From IMG/VR virus record IMGVR_UViG_3300028833_000062: a DNA stretch of 64,000 bases, one strand, 5' to 3'. Below the pieces are notes generated by a model. That model saw only the letters and a program-made list of their open reading frames with translations. It was not told where the DNA came from and made no database searches. The DNA is from an uncultured virus (IMG/VR IMGVR_UViG_3300028833_000062). Its lineage: Duplodnaviria; Heunggongvirae; Uroviricota; Caudoviricetes. Below, piece after piece: positions 1 to 11,500 of the stretch. The translations under genes were made by a program, and so were the position numbers. Within the stretch, counting starts at the first letter, position 1, and the number at the start of each line of letters is the position of its first letter.

Positions 1-272
1 ACATAAAGATTGATAAGGAACTCGCTTATGAGACTGCTCATCTTAATGCACTATTTAATCCTCAGATGGTTATTGAAGTAGGAGAATGCTTCACTCAATA
101 TAACTTCAGAGAGTTTGCAAAAAATTATATTGATACTCTTAAACTTCAGTTTGTAAAGACAACTCAAGAAATTGATGAAGATGATTTTTTATCAAGTATT
201 GAAGATATTGAGTTTGAAGAAATTGAAGATGATGAACCAGATATTGAGGAGACAAAAATATCTGAAAAGTAA
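1..272 (+). CDS. Partial hypothetical protein (5' end outside window), acidic C-terminus
   Basis: Frame is open from position 3 (IKIDKELAYETAHLNALFNPQM...) to TAA at 272. Confidence 0.6.
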   Translation, partial: IKIDKELAYETAHLNALFNPQMVIEVGECFTQYNFREFAKNYIDTLKLQFVKTTQEIDEDDFLSSIEDIEFEEIEDDEPDIEETKISEK

Positions 273-274
273 TA

Positions 275-874
275 ATGGGTGATGATTTAATTCAAAAATT
301 TGGATATTCTGAAATGTATGAGTGGAATGAACTTCCACCAAATGATTCTAAATTAGGTAGATTTGTTACATTTTCATCAGATGATCCTTCTAAGATTGTA
401 AAAATAAATAAATCTAATCAGCCTGTTCTTGGAGTCACTACTGTTAATTCAGTAGTAGATTCTGATAATCCAGAAGAATGGAAATATAAAAATCTTTGTA
501 ATGAATATGGTGATTTATATCTTAGAAAAGAAAAGCTTGCTGTTGGTGAAAAGGTATATGATCAACTTAATGAAATAAACTATATTCGTACTCGTCCTTG
601 GGAACATTTTATCACAATAGATAATAAATATTATGATAAGAATAAAAAGTATGTCAAGAGAACAAATAGAGGAGAATGGATTAGAGTTACTTTGATGGGT
701 AAGACAATAGTTTATGATAATGGTAAATGCACTCCAGGTGAATGGTGTACTCCATATACTGGTAAATTCAAAGAGGATTTTGGTATAGCTGTTCCAGCAA
801 CTGAAAAATCAAAAAATAAATATTATGTCCTTGAACGACTTAGTGATAAGACAATATTAATTTTTTATAAATAA
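275..874 (+). CDS. Stand-alone peptidase G2 / intramolecular-chaperone-like domain protein
   Basis: Motifs YSEMYEW, GRFVTF, VLGV, W..K...NEYG, R..R.EW..V.LMGK..VYD resemble the Peptidase_G2 tailspike chaperone domain. Confidence 0.6.
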   Translation: MGDDLIQKFGYSEMYEWNELPPNDSKLGRFVTFSSDDPSKIVKINKSNQPVLGVTTVNSVVDSDNPEEWKYKNLCNEYGDLYLRKEKLAVGEKVYDQLNEINYIRTRPWEHFITIDNKYYDKNKKYVKRTNRGEWIRVTLMGKTIVYDNGKCTPGEWCTPYTGKFKEDFGIAVPATEKSKNKYYVLERLSDKTILIFYK

Positions 875-889
875 ATTATAGTTTGAAGT

Positions 890-1876
890 ATGGCAAAGGT
901 AGAAGAAAATAAAAAATTAGACGTTATCTCAGTCATTACAACATTCTATAATGCTGAGAAATTTATATTCAATACTCTTAATTCTATTAATCAGCAAATT
1001 ATTGACGGATTTGATTTTGAGTATGTAATTGTTGATGATAAATCACCAGATTCTTCAAGAAAAATAGTTGAATCATTTATTGAAAATAATGTTCCAGAAG
1101 ACAAGAAAAGTAAATGGAAACTTTATACTCCAGAAGAAAATCTTGGTTGTGGTGGAGCAAGAAAATTTGGTATTGATCATGCAATTGGAGATTTCTTTAT
1201 GTTCCTTGATGCTGATGATTATTATATGCATACAAACTTTATGTTGAATGCTTATAATACAATTATTTCAGAAAATGCAGATATTGTTGAATATGGTGTA
1301 ATATTTAATCAACCAAATGGACAACAAATAAATAATACTGCTCCACAAAAGTATATTATTGAAAATAATCCAAGTGTTGCTGAAATTGCATTATTCAAAG
1401 ATAATCTTATTAAATTCAATGTATGGAGTAAAATCTATAGAAGATGGGTTGTTGAAAGTTATCCTTATTCAGAAGTACGTACATATGAAGATGTAAGAAC
1501 TATTCCTGTATGGGTTTCAAATGCTCATAAAATAGTTATAATGCCTACTGCTGAGATTAATTATCGTGCTGCTAGTGGAAGTATTATTAGAAGTGATATG
1601 ATTCAAACTCGTCTTGGAACTATTACTGCTATTACAGAATTATTCCCAAGATTCAAAGATGATTATAATGTTCTTAAAGCTATGTATGGTAGAGCTATGG
1701 TTGATTTAGAGGCATTACTTCATAATCATTCTTCTAATGATCCAGGATTTAATGAAATGAGTAGATTAAATACAATAATGCTTTCTTATCTTTATCCAGA
1801 TAATTATAAAGAAATTACTTATAATATTGATTTAGAAGAAAATAAAAATATTGAAGAAAATAATGAATCTAAATAG
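890..1876 (+). CDS. Glycosyltransferase family 2
   Basis: ISVITTFYNAE, IVDDKSPD, N.GCGGAR, FLDADD (DxD) GT-A motifs; ends in TAG. Confidence 0.9.
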   Translation: MAKVEENKKLDVISVITTFYNAEKFIFNTLNSINQQIIDGFDFEYVIVDDKSPDSSRKIVESFIENNVPEDKKSKWKLYTPEENLGCGGARKFGIDHAIGDFFMFLDADDYYMHTNFMLNAYNTIISENADIVEYGVIFNQPNGQQINNTAPQKYIIENNPSVAEIALFKDNLIKFNVWSKIYRRWVVESYPYSEVRTYEDVRTIPVWVSNAHKIVIMPTAEINYRAASGSIIRSDMIQTRLGTITAITELFPRFKDDYNVLKAMYGRAMVDLEALLHNHSSNDPGFNEMSRLNTIMLSYLYPDNYKEITYNIDLEENKNIEENNESK

Positions 1877-2318
1877 TGCTCTTTTAAAATATCATATTAT
1901 TAATTCATTAATTTTTGTTGATGGTAATTATTCAGTTAGTAGAGAATTGAAAGTTAAACTTATAAGGTATAAGTTCAATTTTAAGAAATTTTTTGATGAA
2001 TTTAATGAAATACAATCAAAATATGCTGAAGAAGTAAAAACTGATGAATATAATGAACTTGTTTCAATTCCAATTAAAGATAGAACAAAAAAACAAGATG
2101 ATAGACTTGATAAACTTATACAAGAAATAAATTCAGAATATAATTCATTAATAAATCAAAAATTATCTGAAGAAGTCAATACGGATTGGTATACTCCATT
2201 AAATGAAACTGAATTTGATGAATTATTAAATGTAAATATTGAACATAATGTAAATATAAATGGAACTGAAATAAATGGAACCGATTTTGTTACATTAATT
2301 CATGATAATTTATTATAA
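1863..2318 (+). CDS. Hypothetical protein
   Basis: Open frame, ATG at 1863, followed by a terminator. Confidence 0.6.
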   Translation: MNLNSALLKYHIINSLIFVDGNYSVSRELKVKLIRYKFNFKKFFDEFNEIQSKYAEEVKTDEYNELVSIPIKDRTKKQDDRLDKLIQEINSEYNSLINQKLSEEVNTDWYTPLNETEFDELLNVNIEHNVNINGTEINGTDFVTLIHDNLL

Positions 2319-2353
2319 AAAAAGAAGAGGTTTTGTTAAACCTCTTCTTTTTT
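2318..2353. terminator. Bidirectional intrinsic terminator
   Basis: aaaaagaagaggttt-tgtt-aaacctcttctttttt hairpin with A and T tracts between convergent genes. Confidence 0.85.
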
Positions 2354-2363
2354 GTTTAAAGAT

Positions 2364-4667
2364 TTATGTAATTATATATAATGTATGTTGGTCAGTACCA
2401 GGAGATGATGCTACTGTAATTTGGTCTATATAATTTGTTTCAGAACTATGTGTAACTATATTATTTGTATATGTTGTATTTTCTGATTGTCTATTTATTT
2501 TACCAGTAATTCTAATATAATTAGAAGACATAACTCCTAAATTTATAGTAGGATTATTTAATGAATTTCTTGATCCCCAGTTATATGTATTTACTGCAAA
2601 TAATAAATTAGATGCTTCAGATGTAGAACGTTTAATATATGTAAATAAACCTTCAGTAGATATTTTTGTATAAGTATTATAAGGTATTCCAGGTCCTGGT
2701 ACATCAACTGATCCTTCACATATATATGTTGATGAAGCTAATAAATATATATTACCATTTCCAGCATCAACATCTATATTATAGTCATCTGATTTTATTT
2801 CTATAGGTGCTGAATTTCCATATATATTTATACCATTTGCACCTCCTTCTAAATATAATATATCATCATCACTATTAATATTGCCATTATAATCTCCTGT
2901 TGAAATTAATCCACCACCACTAAAACTTAATGTATTTCCTGCTGGATTAAATGTAAGACCATTATTTACATATGATTTAGCAAGACTTCCTGAAGTTTGA
3001 TCAGTAAATAAAAAATTATATGATTGATTAGTATTTTTAGTTTCTATTGTAGGATATGTAGTTGGTAATGTAGGTAATTTATAAGAATCTACAGTAACTC
3101 CAGTTACATGTCCTTTTAAATCTCTTTTTATATTAACACCTGTAACAATTTGAGTTGTACCAAATGTTGCATCACTTCCACCACTTGCATCAACATTTAA
3201 TTCTGCTGAACTATTCTCTGCAGGTGTATAGTGACCTTCTAATGATGTTGATACATCTGTCCATGGAACATTTACAATTAATTTTCCATCTGGATTTGTT
3301 TGTATACCATAATATTTACCAGCAGTAGTTTGTGCACTATTTACATTAACAGCAGATGATGCACTATGATAAGTTTTTGCTACACCATATACGGAATTTG
3401 TCATTACAGGTATATCACCTGTAACACTAGTTGTAAGTGATCCAGAACGAGATAATGTCATTCTAACACCATTAACTCCACTTGTATTACCGCTAAATGA
3501 TGCTCCACTTACATATGTATCTGTCCAAGGTACATTAGTATATAAATTACCATTACTAATATCTAGTTTATAATTTCTAGCAGTTGTATTTGTAGTGTAT
3601 CCTGTTTTTCCAACACCATATGTTGATGATGTCATTATTGGAATTGTAAAATTAATTGTTTTATTACTTGTTAAACTGTCATCACCATTATGAACATGAT
3701 ATGTCAATGTTACTTTATCACCAGCATTGTCATTAGAAGTTACTTCTGCTTTATAAATATATGAATTAATCCATGGTACATATGTAAATAAATTACCTGC
3801 AGATGTAATTTCTGTTTTATATTTTTTTACTGAATTAACATAACCTAATTTTGCTACACCATATGATGTTGATGTCATAGGTGGTATAGTAGATGTATGT
3901 GAATCATTATAATTTGTAATTATAGATAATTTTCTACCACCACCATCATTTTCATTTTTAAATTCTGTAATATATGTTTCTTTAATAGTAAATTCATATG
4001 CACCTACTACATGACGTTTTGAATCAAGTTTAAGACCATTTAAAATTGATATACCATCTCTAAGATAATGAGGATTTGAATCATTTATATTATTAGAAGC
4101 TATAAATGATGTTGCTCCTGAACCAGTACGAGCTGTAGGAGATGATGGTATATAGTGTGTTGTTGTAATTGAAATATTTGTATCACTTGAAGTTCCACTA
4201 CCACTTATATCTCCTGATAAAGATATAGCATGAGCAAAATATGATGAATCCTTACTATCAAGTGTATCAGCATCATCAGCAGTATTAGCATGATTTACTG
4301 ATAAACTAGAAGATTTAGTATATGTTATTGTGATTGTTCCATTTGATTTAGTAATATCAGAAACTAAATCTTGTCCGGATGATTTTGTACCAGATAATGT
4401 ATCAACAGCATATCCTTTACTTACAGTAATAGTATAAGCATTATTATCATTTGATATAGATACTCCATTTACAAAATTACCTGTTCCACTAGAACTTATT
4501 GAAATAGATCTTGAATATCCATATTCTTCACCATGTGTCCATATAGAATGTCTTTTATTATCAAATACTAAAGAATTTGATGTATCAGCATCTAATGTTT
4601 TTATTTTATTATAGGTTGTTGAATATGAACCATCACCATTATAAGTATTAAATACATTACTTGCCAT
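2364..4667 (-). CDS. Tail fibre-like protein
   Basis: Ser/Thr/Asn/Gly-rich; three internal repeats (P.MT...YGV.K..Y ... G.L..NVPW) and DxxGHVT-type fibre motifs; TTATTTTTA motif upstream. Confidence 0.65.
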   Translation of the reverse strand: MASNVFNTYNGDGSYSTTYNKIKTLDADTSNSLVFDNKRHSIWTHGEEYGYSRSISISSSGTGNFVNGVSISNDNNAYTITVSKGYAVDTLSGTKSSGQDLVSDITKSNGTITITYTKSSSLSVNHANTADDADTLDSKDSSYFAHAISLSGDISGSGTSSDTNISITTTHYIPSSPTARTGSGATSFIASNNINDSNPHYLRDGISILNGLKLDSKRHVVGAYEFTIKETYITEFKNENDGGGRKLSIITNYNDSHTSTIPPMTSTSYGVAKLGYVNSVKKYKTEITSAGNLFTYVPWINSYIYKAEVTSNDNAGDKVTLTYHVHNGDDSLTSNKTINFTIPIMTSSTYGVGKTGYTTNTTARNYKLDISNGNLYTNVPWTDTYVSGASFSGNTSGVNGVRMTLSRSGSLTTSVTGDIPVMTNSVYGVAKTYHSASSAVNVNSAQTTAGKYYGIQTNPDGKLIVNVPWTDVSTSLEGHYTPAENSSAELNVDASGGSDATFGTTQIVTGVNIKRDLKGHVTGVTVDSYKLPTLPTTYPTIETKNTNQSYNFLFTDQTSGSLAKSYVNNGLTFNPAGNTLSFSGGGLISTGDYNGNINSDDDILYLEGGANGINIYGNSAPIEIKSDDYNIDVDAGNGNIYLLASSTYICEGSVDVPGPGIPYNTYTKISTEGLFTYIKRSTSEASNLLFAVNTYNWGSRNSLNNPTINLGVMSSNYIRITGKINRQSENTTYTNNIVTHSSETNYIDQITVASSPGTDQHTLYIIT

Positions 4668-4749
4668 ATATTACTATATTAATTATATAAACCTTTATAC
4701 ATAAAAATAATTTTTTAAGTGAAATAATTATATAAATATCTATAAATAT

Positions 4750-4757
4750 CTATATTA
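4750..4757 (+). promoter_or_regulatory. CTATATTA promoter-like motif (class 1; 12 copies at gene starts)
   Basis: Copies at 4750, 12840, 15157, 16526, 22435, 42319, 46226, 48075, 50914, 52142 and 57561 lie 31-40 nt before an ATG; one at 39051 precedes an ORF-free region. Confidence 0.7.
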
Positions 4758-4783
4758 AATTATAAAATAATCAATTTTAGTAA

Positions 4784-5482
4784 ATGAAAATTTTAAACGA
4801 ATTCGGTATTAAACCTACAAGAACTGGTCGTGCTGCTGGTTATGATTTCTTTATTCCTAATATTAAAACTTCTGTAGAAGAAGGTAAAAATATTTTAGAA
4901 GCATTTTCAAAATCTTATAATAAAAGTGTAGATGAATTAAATAATCTTATTAATGATTTATATCTTCAGATTTCTGCTACTTATGGTGAAGATAAAATTA
5001 ATGGTAATGAATTAAATATTCTTCATCTTTATCTTGCTATTGATTCTGTTTCATTAAAAAGTGTTGATGATTCAATTGAAACATTTGTAGATAATTATCT
5101 TGTTTATGATAAGAATGGAAATCCTGGTATTAAGCCTCGTGTTCTTGATCATGTAAAATTTAATTCTGGTATTCATACTCTTTTAAATAGAGGTACTGCT
5201 GGTATATTCTTTAATAAGAGTGGTAAAGGTGTAAAGGGTTGGGATATTAGAGCTTGTGTTGTTGATGATGATTATGCTGGTTTTGTTCATCTTTCAATGA
5301 GTTATACAAAAATTAATGATGAAGATGGTATTATTTATGTTGGTGATAAATTAACTCAGATGGTAATTCTTAAGGTTGAACAAGATGATGTTGAAGAAAT
5401 TGATGCTGAAACTTATAATAAAGCAATGAGTGATTCAGAGCGTGGTTCAGATGGTTTTGGTTCAAGTGATGTAAAACATTAA
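4784..5482 (+). CDS. dut: Trimeric dUTPase family protein with a large insertion
   Basis: AAGYDF, KSG, VVDDDYAG, GDKLTQMVI and RGSDGFGSS motifs. Confidence 0.85.
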   Translation: MKILNEFGIKPTRTGRAAGYDFFIPNIKTSVEEGKNILEAFSKSYNKSVDELNNLINDLYLQISATYGEDKINGNELNILHLYLAIDSVSLKSVDDSIETFVDNYLVYDKNGNPGIKPRVLDHVKFNSGIHTLLNRGTAGIFFNKSGKGVKGWDIRACVVDDDYAGFVHLSMSYTKINDEDGIIYVGDKLTQMVILKVEQDDVEEIDAETYNKAMSDSERGSDGFGSSDVKH

Positions 5483-5506
5483 AATATTTATTATTTATAA
5501 TATTTA

Positions 5507-5534
5507 AAAGACTGATATTTTATCAGTCTTTTTT
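5507..5534 (+). terminator. Intrinsic terminator
   Basis: aaaagactgata-tttt-atcagtcttttt hairpin after dut. Confidence 0.8.
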
Positions 5535-5541
5535 ATTTTTA
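5533..5541 (+). promoter_or_regulatory. TTATTTTTA promoter-like motif (class 2, putative late)
   Basis: Copies 30-43 nt before the ATG of virion-type genes: + strand 5533, 38128, 39834; - strand 4702-4710, 25139-25147, 30703-30711, 34169-34177, 38087-38095, 39823-39831, 42291-42299. Confidence 0.65.
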
Positions 5542-5565
5542 TATATAATATATTTGTTTTTATTA

Positions 5566-8500
5566 ATGGCTAAACATAGAGATTTTGGTACAATAAGAGT
5601 AAGAATACAATTACCTTCAACTGATGAACAGAAGGCAATAGTAGGAAGTATGCCTGATAATTTACAAAAAATAGGTGCAGATATTGATAGTGCTATGTTA
5701 GCTATTATTACCGGAGATACATCTAAAAAACCTAATATCGGTGATATTGCTAAAGGATTTACTATCGGTAAAGATGGTACATTATTTAGTAATATAAAAA
5801 ATATTAATGAAGAAATTACACAAATAAAAACTGAATTAACTAATAGTAATAAAACATTATCAGATATATATGGTTTACTTAATTCAATTACTACTAAAGA
5901 AAATCCAGAATCAAAAAAATCATCTGTTCTTATTGTTGATACAACAAAGGCAAATAATTTAGAACAAATTCTTGGAGAGGTAAAAAATCTTGCTAATAAT
6001 TCAAATGAAGTTGATTTAGATGGTTTTATTAACATTGAAAAATTCTTTATAATGTTAAATGAACTAACTAATGAAAATGGTATAATAACTCAAGCAGTAA
6101 ATAATACAAATAATATACCTAATTTATCTAAAAAGGCAAATAAAAATATTCATACATTAACATCTTTATTTACTGCTATTAATAATTTAATTGTAATAGA
6201 TTCTAATAAAATAAAAAGTAGTAGTGATGAACTTAAAGCTAGTATTGAATATTTAAATAAAATATTAGAAGATATATCAAAGCTTGACATTGATGATAAT
6301 ATTAAAAATGTCAAGAAAACATTTGATTCTATAAAGAGTTTATATGATGATAATGTTAAAGTAACTGCTGAAGCAGTAAAAAATCATACAGCAGACCTAA
6401 ATACTATAAAATTAGGTCTTGATCAATCATATGAAACAGTTATAACATCTCATGATAGAATGAGTGATTTAGATATTGATGATATAGAATTAACTGCTGG
6501 TGATGTCGCAGGTGCTATTGCTTTATTAGGTGTAGTTATGCTTATTGGTGGAGCAATAATAAAGAATAATCCAGACTTAATTCTTGAATCAGTAAAATTT
6601 GGTGCTGTATTAACTACTTTCTTATTAGAATTAAGTATACCTATTGCTGTTATTGGTGTAATAAATAATAGACTTGACGCATCTTTTGATTCTTTAGCTG
6701 AATTAACTGTTTTTATAACAATTGCATCATTTGTAATGTTTATTGGCGCATTAGTTGTTCAAAATAAGAGATTAGTTATTAATTCATTATTATTTGGTAC
6801 GGTTTTCTCAATATTTTTATTTGTAACTCTTGGAGCTATTAATATTGCTACAAAAAATATTACTCCTGAACTATTCAAAGATATTCATAAATTATCTTGG
6901 TTAATCATTACATGTACATTTGTAATGTTGATTGCTACTAAATTTGTTGAATCAAAAGAAATATGGGCTAATGCTTTACTATTTGGAATAATATTAGGAG
7001 GTTTTATCATTGCTGTATTATTACCATTTGCTTTATATGGTAGATTATTTAAAAAGACAATAGAGATAGCATCAGGTGCTGTACAATTAATTTTAGTATG
7101 TACACTAATAATGGTTATTGCAGCATATTTTGTTAAAACAAAAGAAATATGGGAAAATTCATTAAGATTTAGTGGTTTATTATTTGTATTTATATTTGCT
7201 ACTACTGCACCACTATTATTCTTTGCTCTTCTTAAAGAAAAAGCATATGAAGCTATAGATTCTTATAGAAGATTTATAGTTACATCATTAATTATAATGA
7301 CATTAGGTATCATCTTTATGAATATTAAAGGTGGTAAATATGCTATTGATGCTTTACAATTTGGTGCTTTATTAGGAGCATTTATATTTGCAACATTATT
7401 ACCTGTTCTTTTATTTATTCCTTTACAGAAGAAAGCAACATCAACAATATTAGTTATAACTTTATTTGTATTAAGTTGTGCTGCTATATTATTTATGGCT
7501 GCTACTATTATTGAAAGTGGTACATGGAAAGCTGCATTATTATTTAGTGTAGCAATGGGATTATTTATTACATCAATATTATTACCATTTAAGAAAGGTG
7601 TTAATGAAAGTATTACTAGAGCAACATTAGCTATTTTATCATTAAGTGTTTTAGTATTTGTTTCAGGATATACTATAAAAATGGTAGCAGAAACTGTTAA
7701 AGATAATGGTTGGGGTAAAACTTTAATAGGTGCTGGTATTTTTGTTGCAACATTACTTATTTTAGTTGGAGGAATTGTATTTATATCTTCACTTATTGAA
7801 AATAATATAAATCCAAATAAAGTAAAAGCAATTTCATTTACTTTATTATCTATATCAGTTCTTATACTTATAACTTCATATTCTTTATCATTATTGAAGA
7901 AATCTGGAATTGAATTAGCAGATATTGGAAAATTTGCTATTTTAAACGCTATTGTTATTGCAATGGTTGGTTTAATAGTTTGGATTTCAAGTAAAGCAGA
8001 TTTTAATAACGTTAAAAATACTATAATGATAATGGGAGCAATTAGTCTTACATTATTAGTTATTGTTGGTACATTATGGTTATTAAAGAAAGCTGAAATT
8101 ACAAAAGAACATTTAATACAAATTGGACTTATAGCTGCTGGTATTACAGTAATGCTTGCTATTATTATGGTTATATCAATGATACCTGCTAAAAGAGTTT
8201 TAGAAGCAAGTAAAATAATGTTTGGAATAACATTTGTATTAGCTTTAGCAGTTGGTGCAATATGGTTAATGAAGAAAGCTAAAATTGATGAAACAGATTT
8301 AAAAAGAATTGGACTTATAGCTGGCGGTATTACTGTAATGACAGGTATTATAATGGCAATTAGTTTAATACCAGCAAAAAATACAGAAGCAGCTATTGGT
8401 ATAATGCTTTCTATAGGTATTACATTAGCTTTAGTGGTTGGAGCAATATGGTTAATGAAAACTGCTCAAATTAAAGAAGAAGATCTTAAATTAATAGGAT

Positions 8501-11500
8501 GTATAGCTGGTGGTATTACTATAATGACAAGTATTATTATGGGATTATCAGCAATAAAATCAGTTGATGCTAAAAAAGCTATATTAATTTTAGCTAGTAT
8601 TACTATATGTTTAGTAGGATTAGTTTTAACTTTAGCATATTTAGCTAATTCTGGTATTGATTGGAAACATATTTGGATGTTATATGCTATTGAAGGAGCT
8701 GTTGTAGTTTTAACTGCTATTACAATAGGTATTGGAATATTACTTGAAAAAGTAAAAGATAAAGGAAAATTTTATGAAAGTTTATTTATAGTTTCTTTAA
8801 TGACAGCTTGTGTTATTGGATTAGCTCTTGGTATTTCAGAAATAGCAAAAGCTGGTGTTGAATGGAAACATGTTTTAATGTTAGGTGCTCTTGAATTAGC
8901 TGTTGTAGCTTTAGTTGGTTTAGTTTTTGCTATTGGTGCTATAACTTCAATTCCAGGAGTAAAAACATTATTAGCAATTGGTGCAGTTATTATTGCAGCA
9001 GCTGTTGGTGTAGTTTTATTAATAGGTATTGCTATAAGAAAAATAGCAGATGCAGCAAAAGAAGCAGATGAAGTAAAACATCCAGAATCAATAGGTCTTG
9101 TTTTATCAGCATTTTTTAATTCATTTAAAGATTTAAGTTTAGGTAGTACATTAAAATTAGCTTTATTTGGTAAAAAAATAGCTAAAACAGTTAATAGATT
9201 AGTTGAACCAATTTCAAAGATTGTTGAAATTATAAAAAATATATCATCATTAAATGTTCCTACTGGTTTTGATAAAAATGGTAATCCAACAGGATATACA
9301 CGTTTAACTCCAGAAGAATTTAAAAAAACTGCAAGTAATATAACAGATATACTTATGGTTATTCCAAATGGTGTTGCACCAGCTGCTAAAAGTATAAAGA
9401 AATTTGTAAAGAGTAATAAAAAAACAGATAATTTATTAGAAGTAATTAGTAATATGGGCGAAATTATTTCTAATATAGCTAAAGGTGTTCAATCATATGC
9501 TAATTTAGCAATACCTTCCGGATGGGATGAAAATTGTAAACCAACTGGTTATAGATTAATGAATGAACAAGATTTTATAAATGCTGGAAATAGTATAAAA
9601 CAAATACTTATAATAATACCAGAAGCTATAAAAAATACTTATGGTGATTTAAAGAAATTAATAAAGAATAATGAAATTGACAGTGTTATAAAAACTTGTG
9701 TAAGTATTGGTGATATTATTGGTAATATAGCTAAAGGTGTTCAATCATATGCTAAATTATTAATTCCAAAAGATTATGATGAAAATGGTAAGCCTAAAAG
9801 ATATGAATTAATGACAAAAAAAGATTTTAAGGATGCTGGTGAGGCAATTTCAGAAATTATGCTTACAATGACAAAAGGTGTTATTAATGCATATAAAGAA
9901 TATGAAACTATAATGACACCAAGCAAATTCAAGAAAATTATTAAATCATTTTCTCCTATTGGTGAATTAATATCTAATATGAGTAAAGGTATTAAAGATA
10001 TAATTGAATTAGAAATACCTATATATGATGAAAATGGTAATGTTGTTGGTAAGCAAAAATTAAATGAAAATGACTTTACTGATTTAAAAACTAATCTTAA
10101 TATATTAATGACAGGAACATCACAATCAATTGTTGATATTGCTGACAATATGAAGAATAGTGATTTAGATCCTAGTTCTAAAAAGTTCAAAGCTATTATT
10201 GAATCATTTGTACCAATTGGAGAATTTATTTCTAAATTAGCAACTGGTATAAAAGATTATGCGTCAGCAACTTATACAGATGAAAATGGTAAGAAGATTC
10301 ATGTTACTCCAGAATATATACAAGAAGCTGGAACTAATATATCTACATTATTAACAACTGTAACAAATTCATTAATAGATTATTATAATGATCCTAAATA
10401 TACAAAGTTATTTGATAAAGATATTATTAAAAATATAGGAACACAATATAAAGAAATTACAGAAGTTATAAGTTCAATAATTGATTCTATTAAGAAAATA
10501 GGAGAAATTAAAAATGATATTATAATAACTAGTCTTAATAATTTAAATACAATATTTAATGGAACAAAGAAAGATAAATCAGATAGTTTAATAAATATTA
10601 TATGCTCAGCATTTAGTGATAATATAAGTTATGATTCAAATAAATTAAAAACTATACAAACTATATTTACAGATTTATTTGATACTATTAATATATTAAA
10701 TAAAAATTTAACTGAGAATGAAATTAAAAATATTCCAGAACAAAAAATTATAGCTATTATTGATAGTATTACTAATATAATTAATAAATTTAAACCTGGA
10801 GATAGTTTTTGGGATGATAATAAGAATGTATTAAATATTGCAAATAAGTTTAAAACATTTGATTTAATAAATGGTTATATATCATCATCTATAAAGAAAA
10901 TTAGTAAATTAATAGATAATATAGATAAATTAAATATTAATAATTTATATTATGAAGAAGTAAATGATGAAAATAAAGAAACTAAAAATAAAATTAATAA
11001 AATTACTAAAGTATTAAATTCTATTAGTAATATTACTAATATATTAAATTCAAACACAAATGTAAAAATAGATAGAGAAAAAATAAATAAATTAAAAAAG
11101 GAACTTGGTTTAATAGATAATTTAATAGATGTCTTAAAGAATTCTTTTAAAAAACTTAATAAATTTAATAAGGCATATGAAACTGATAATAATTTTGATA
11201 ATATTTCCATAGCTATTAAAAAGTTTAATATTGCTTTTGCTAATATTAAGAAAGAATTAGAAGGAGATCCTAAAAATAATATTCCAGGATTATCTAATGA
11301 ATCAATTAAAAATTTAGCTAAGTTAGAATATAAAGTTGAAACATTTAGTAATATTGTTAGAGACCTTATAAAAGCATCTTCTGATTCAATAAAGAATCCT
11401 AAGTTATTTGAACAAATTGGACAAGGTATTTCAACAATAAATAGTAAATTAAATGAAGTAAATAGTAATAATGCTGAAAAGATTGATAATGAAGTTAGAT

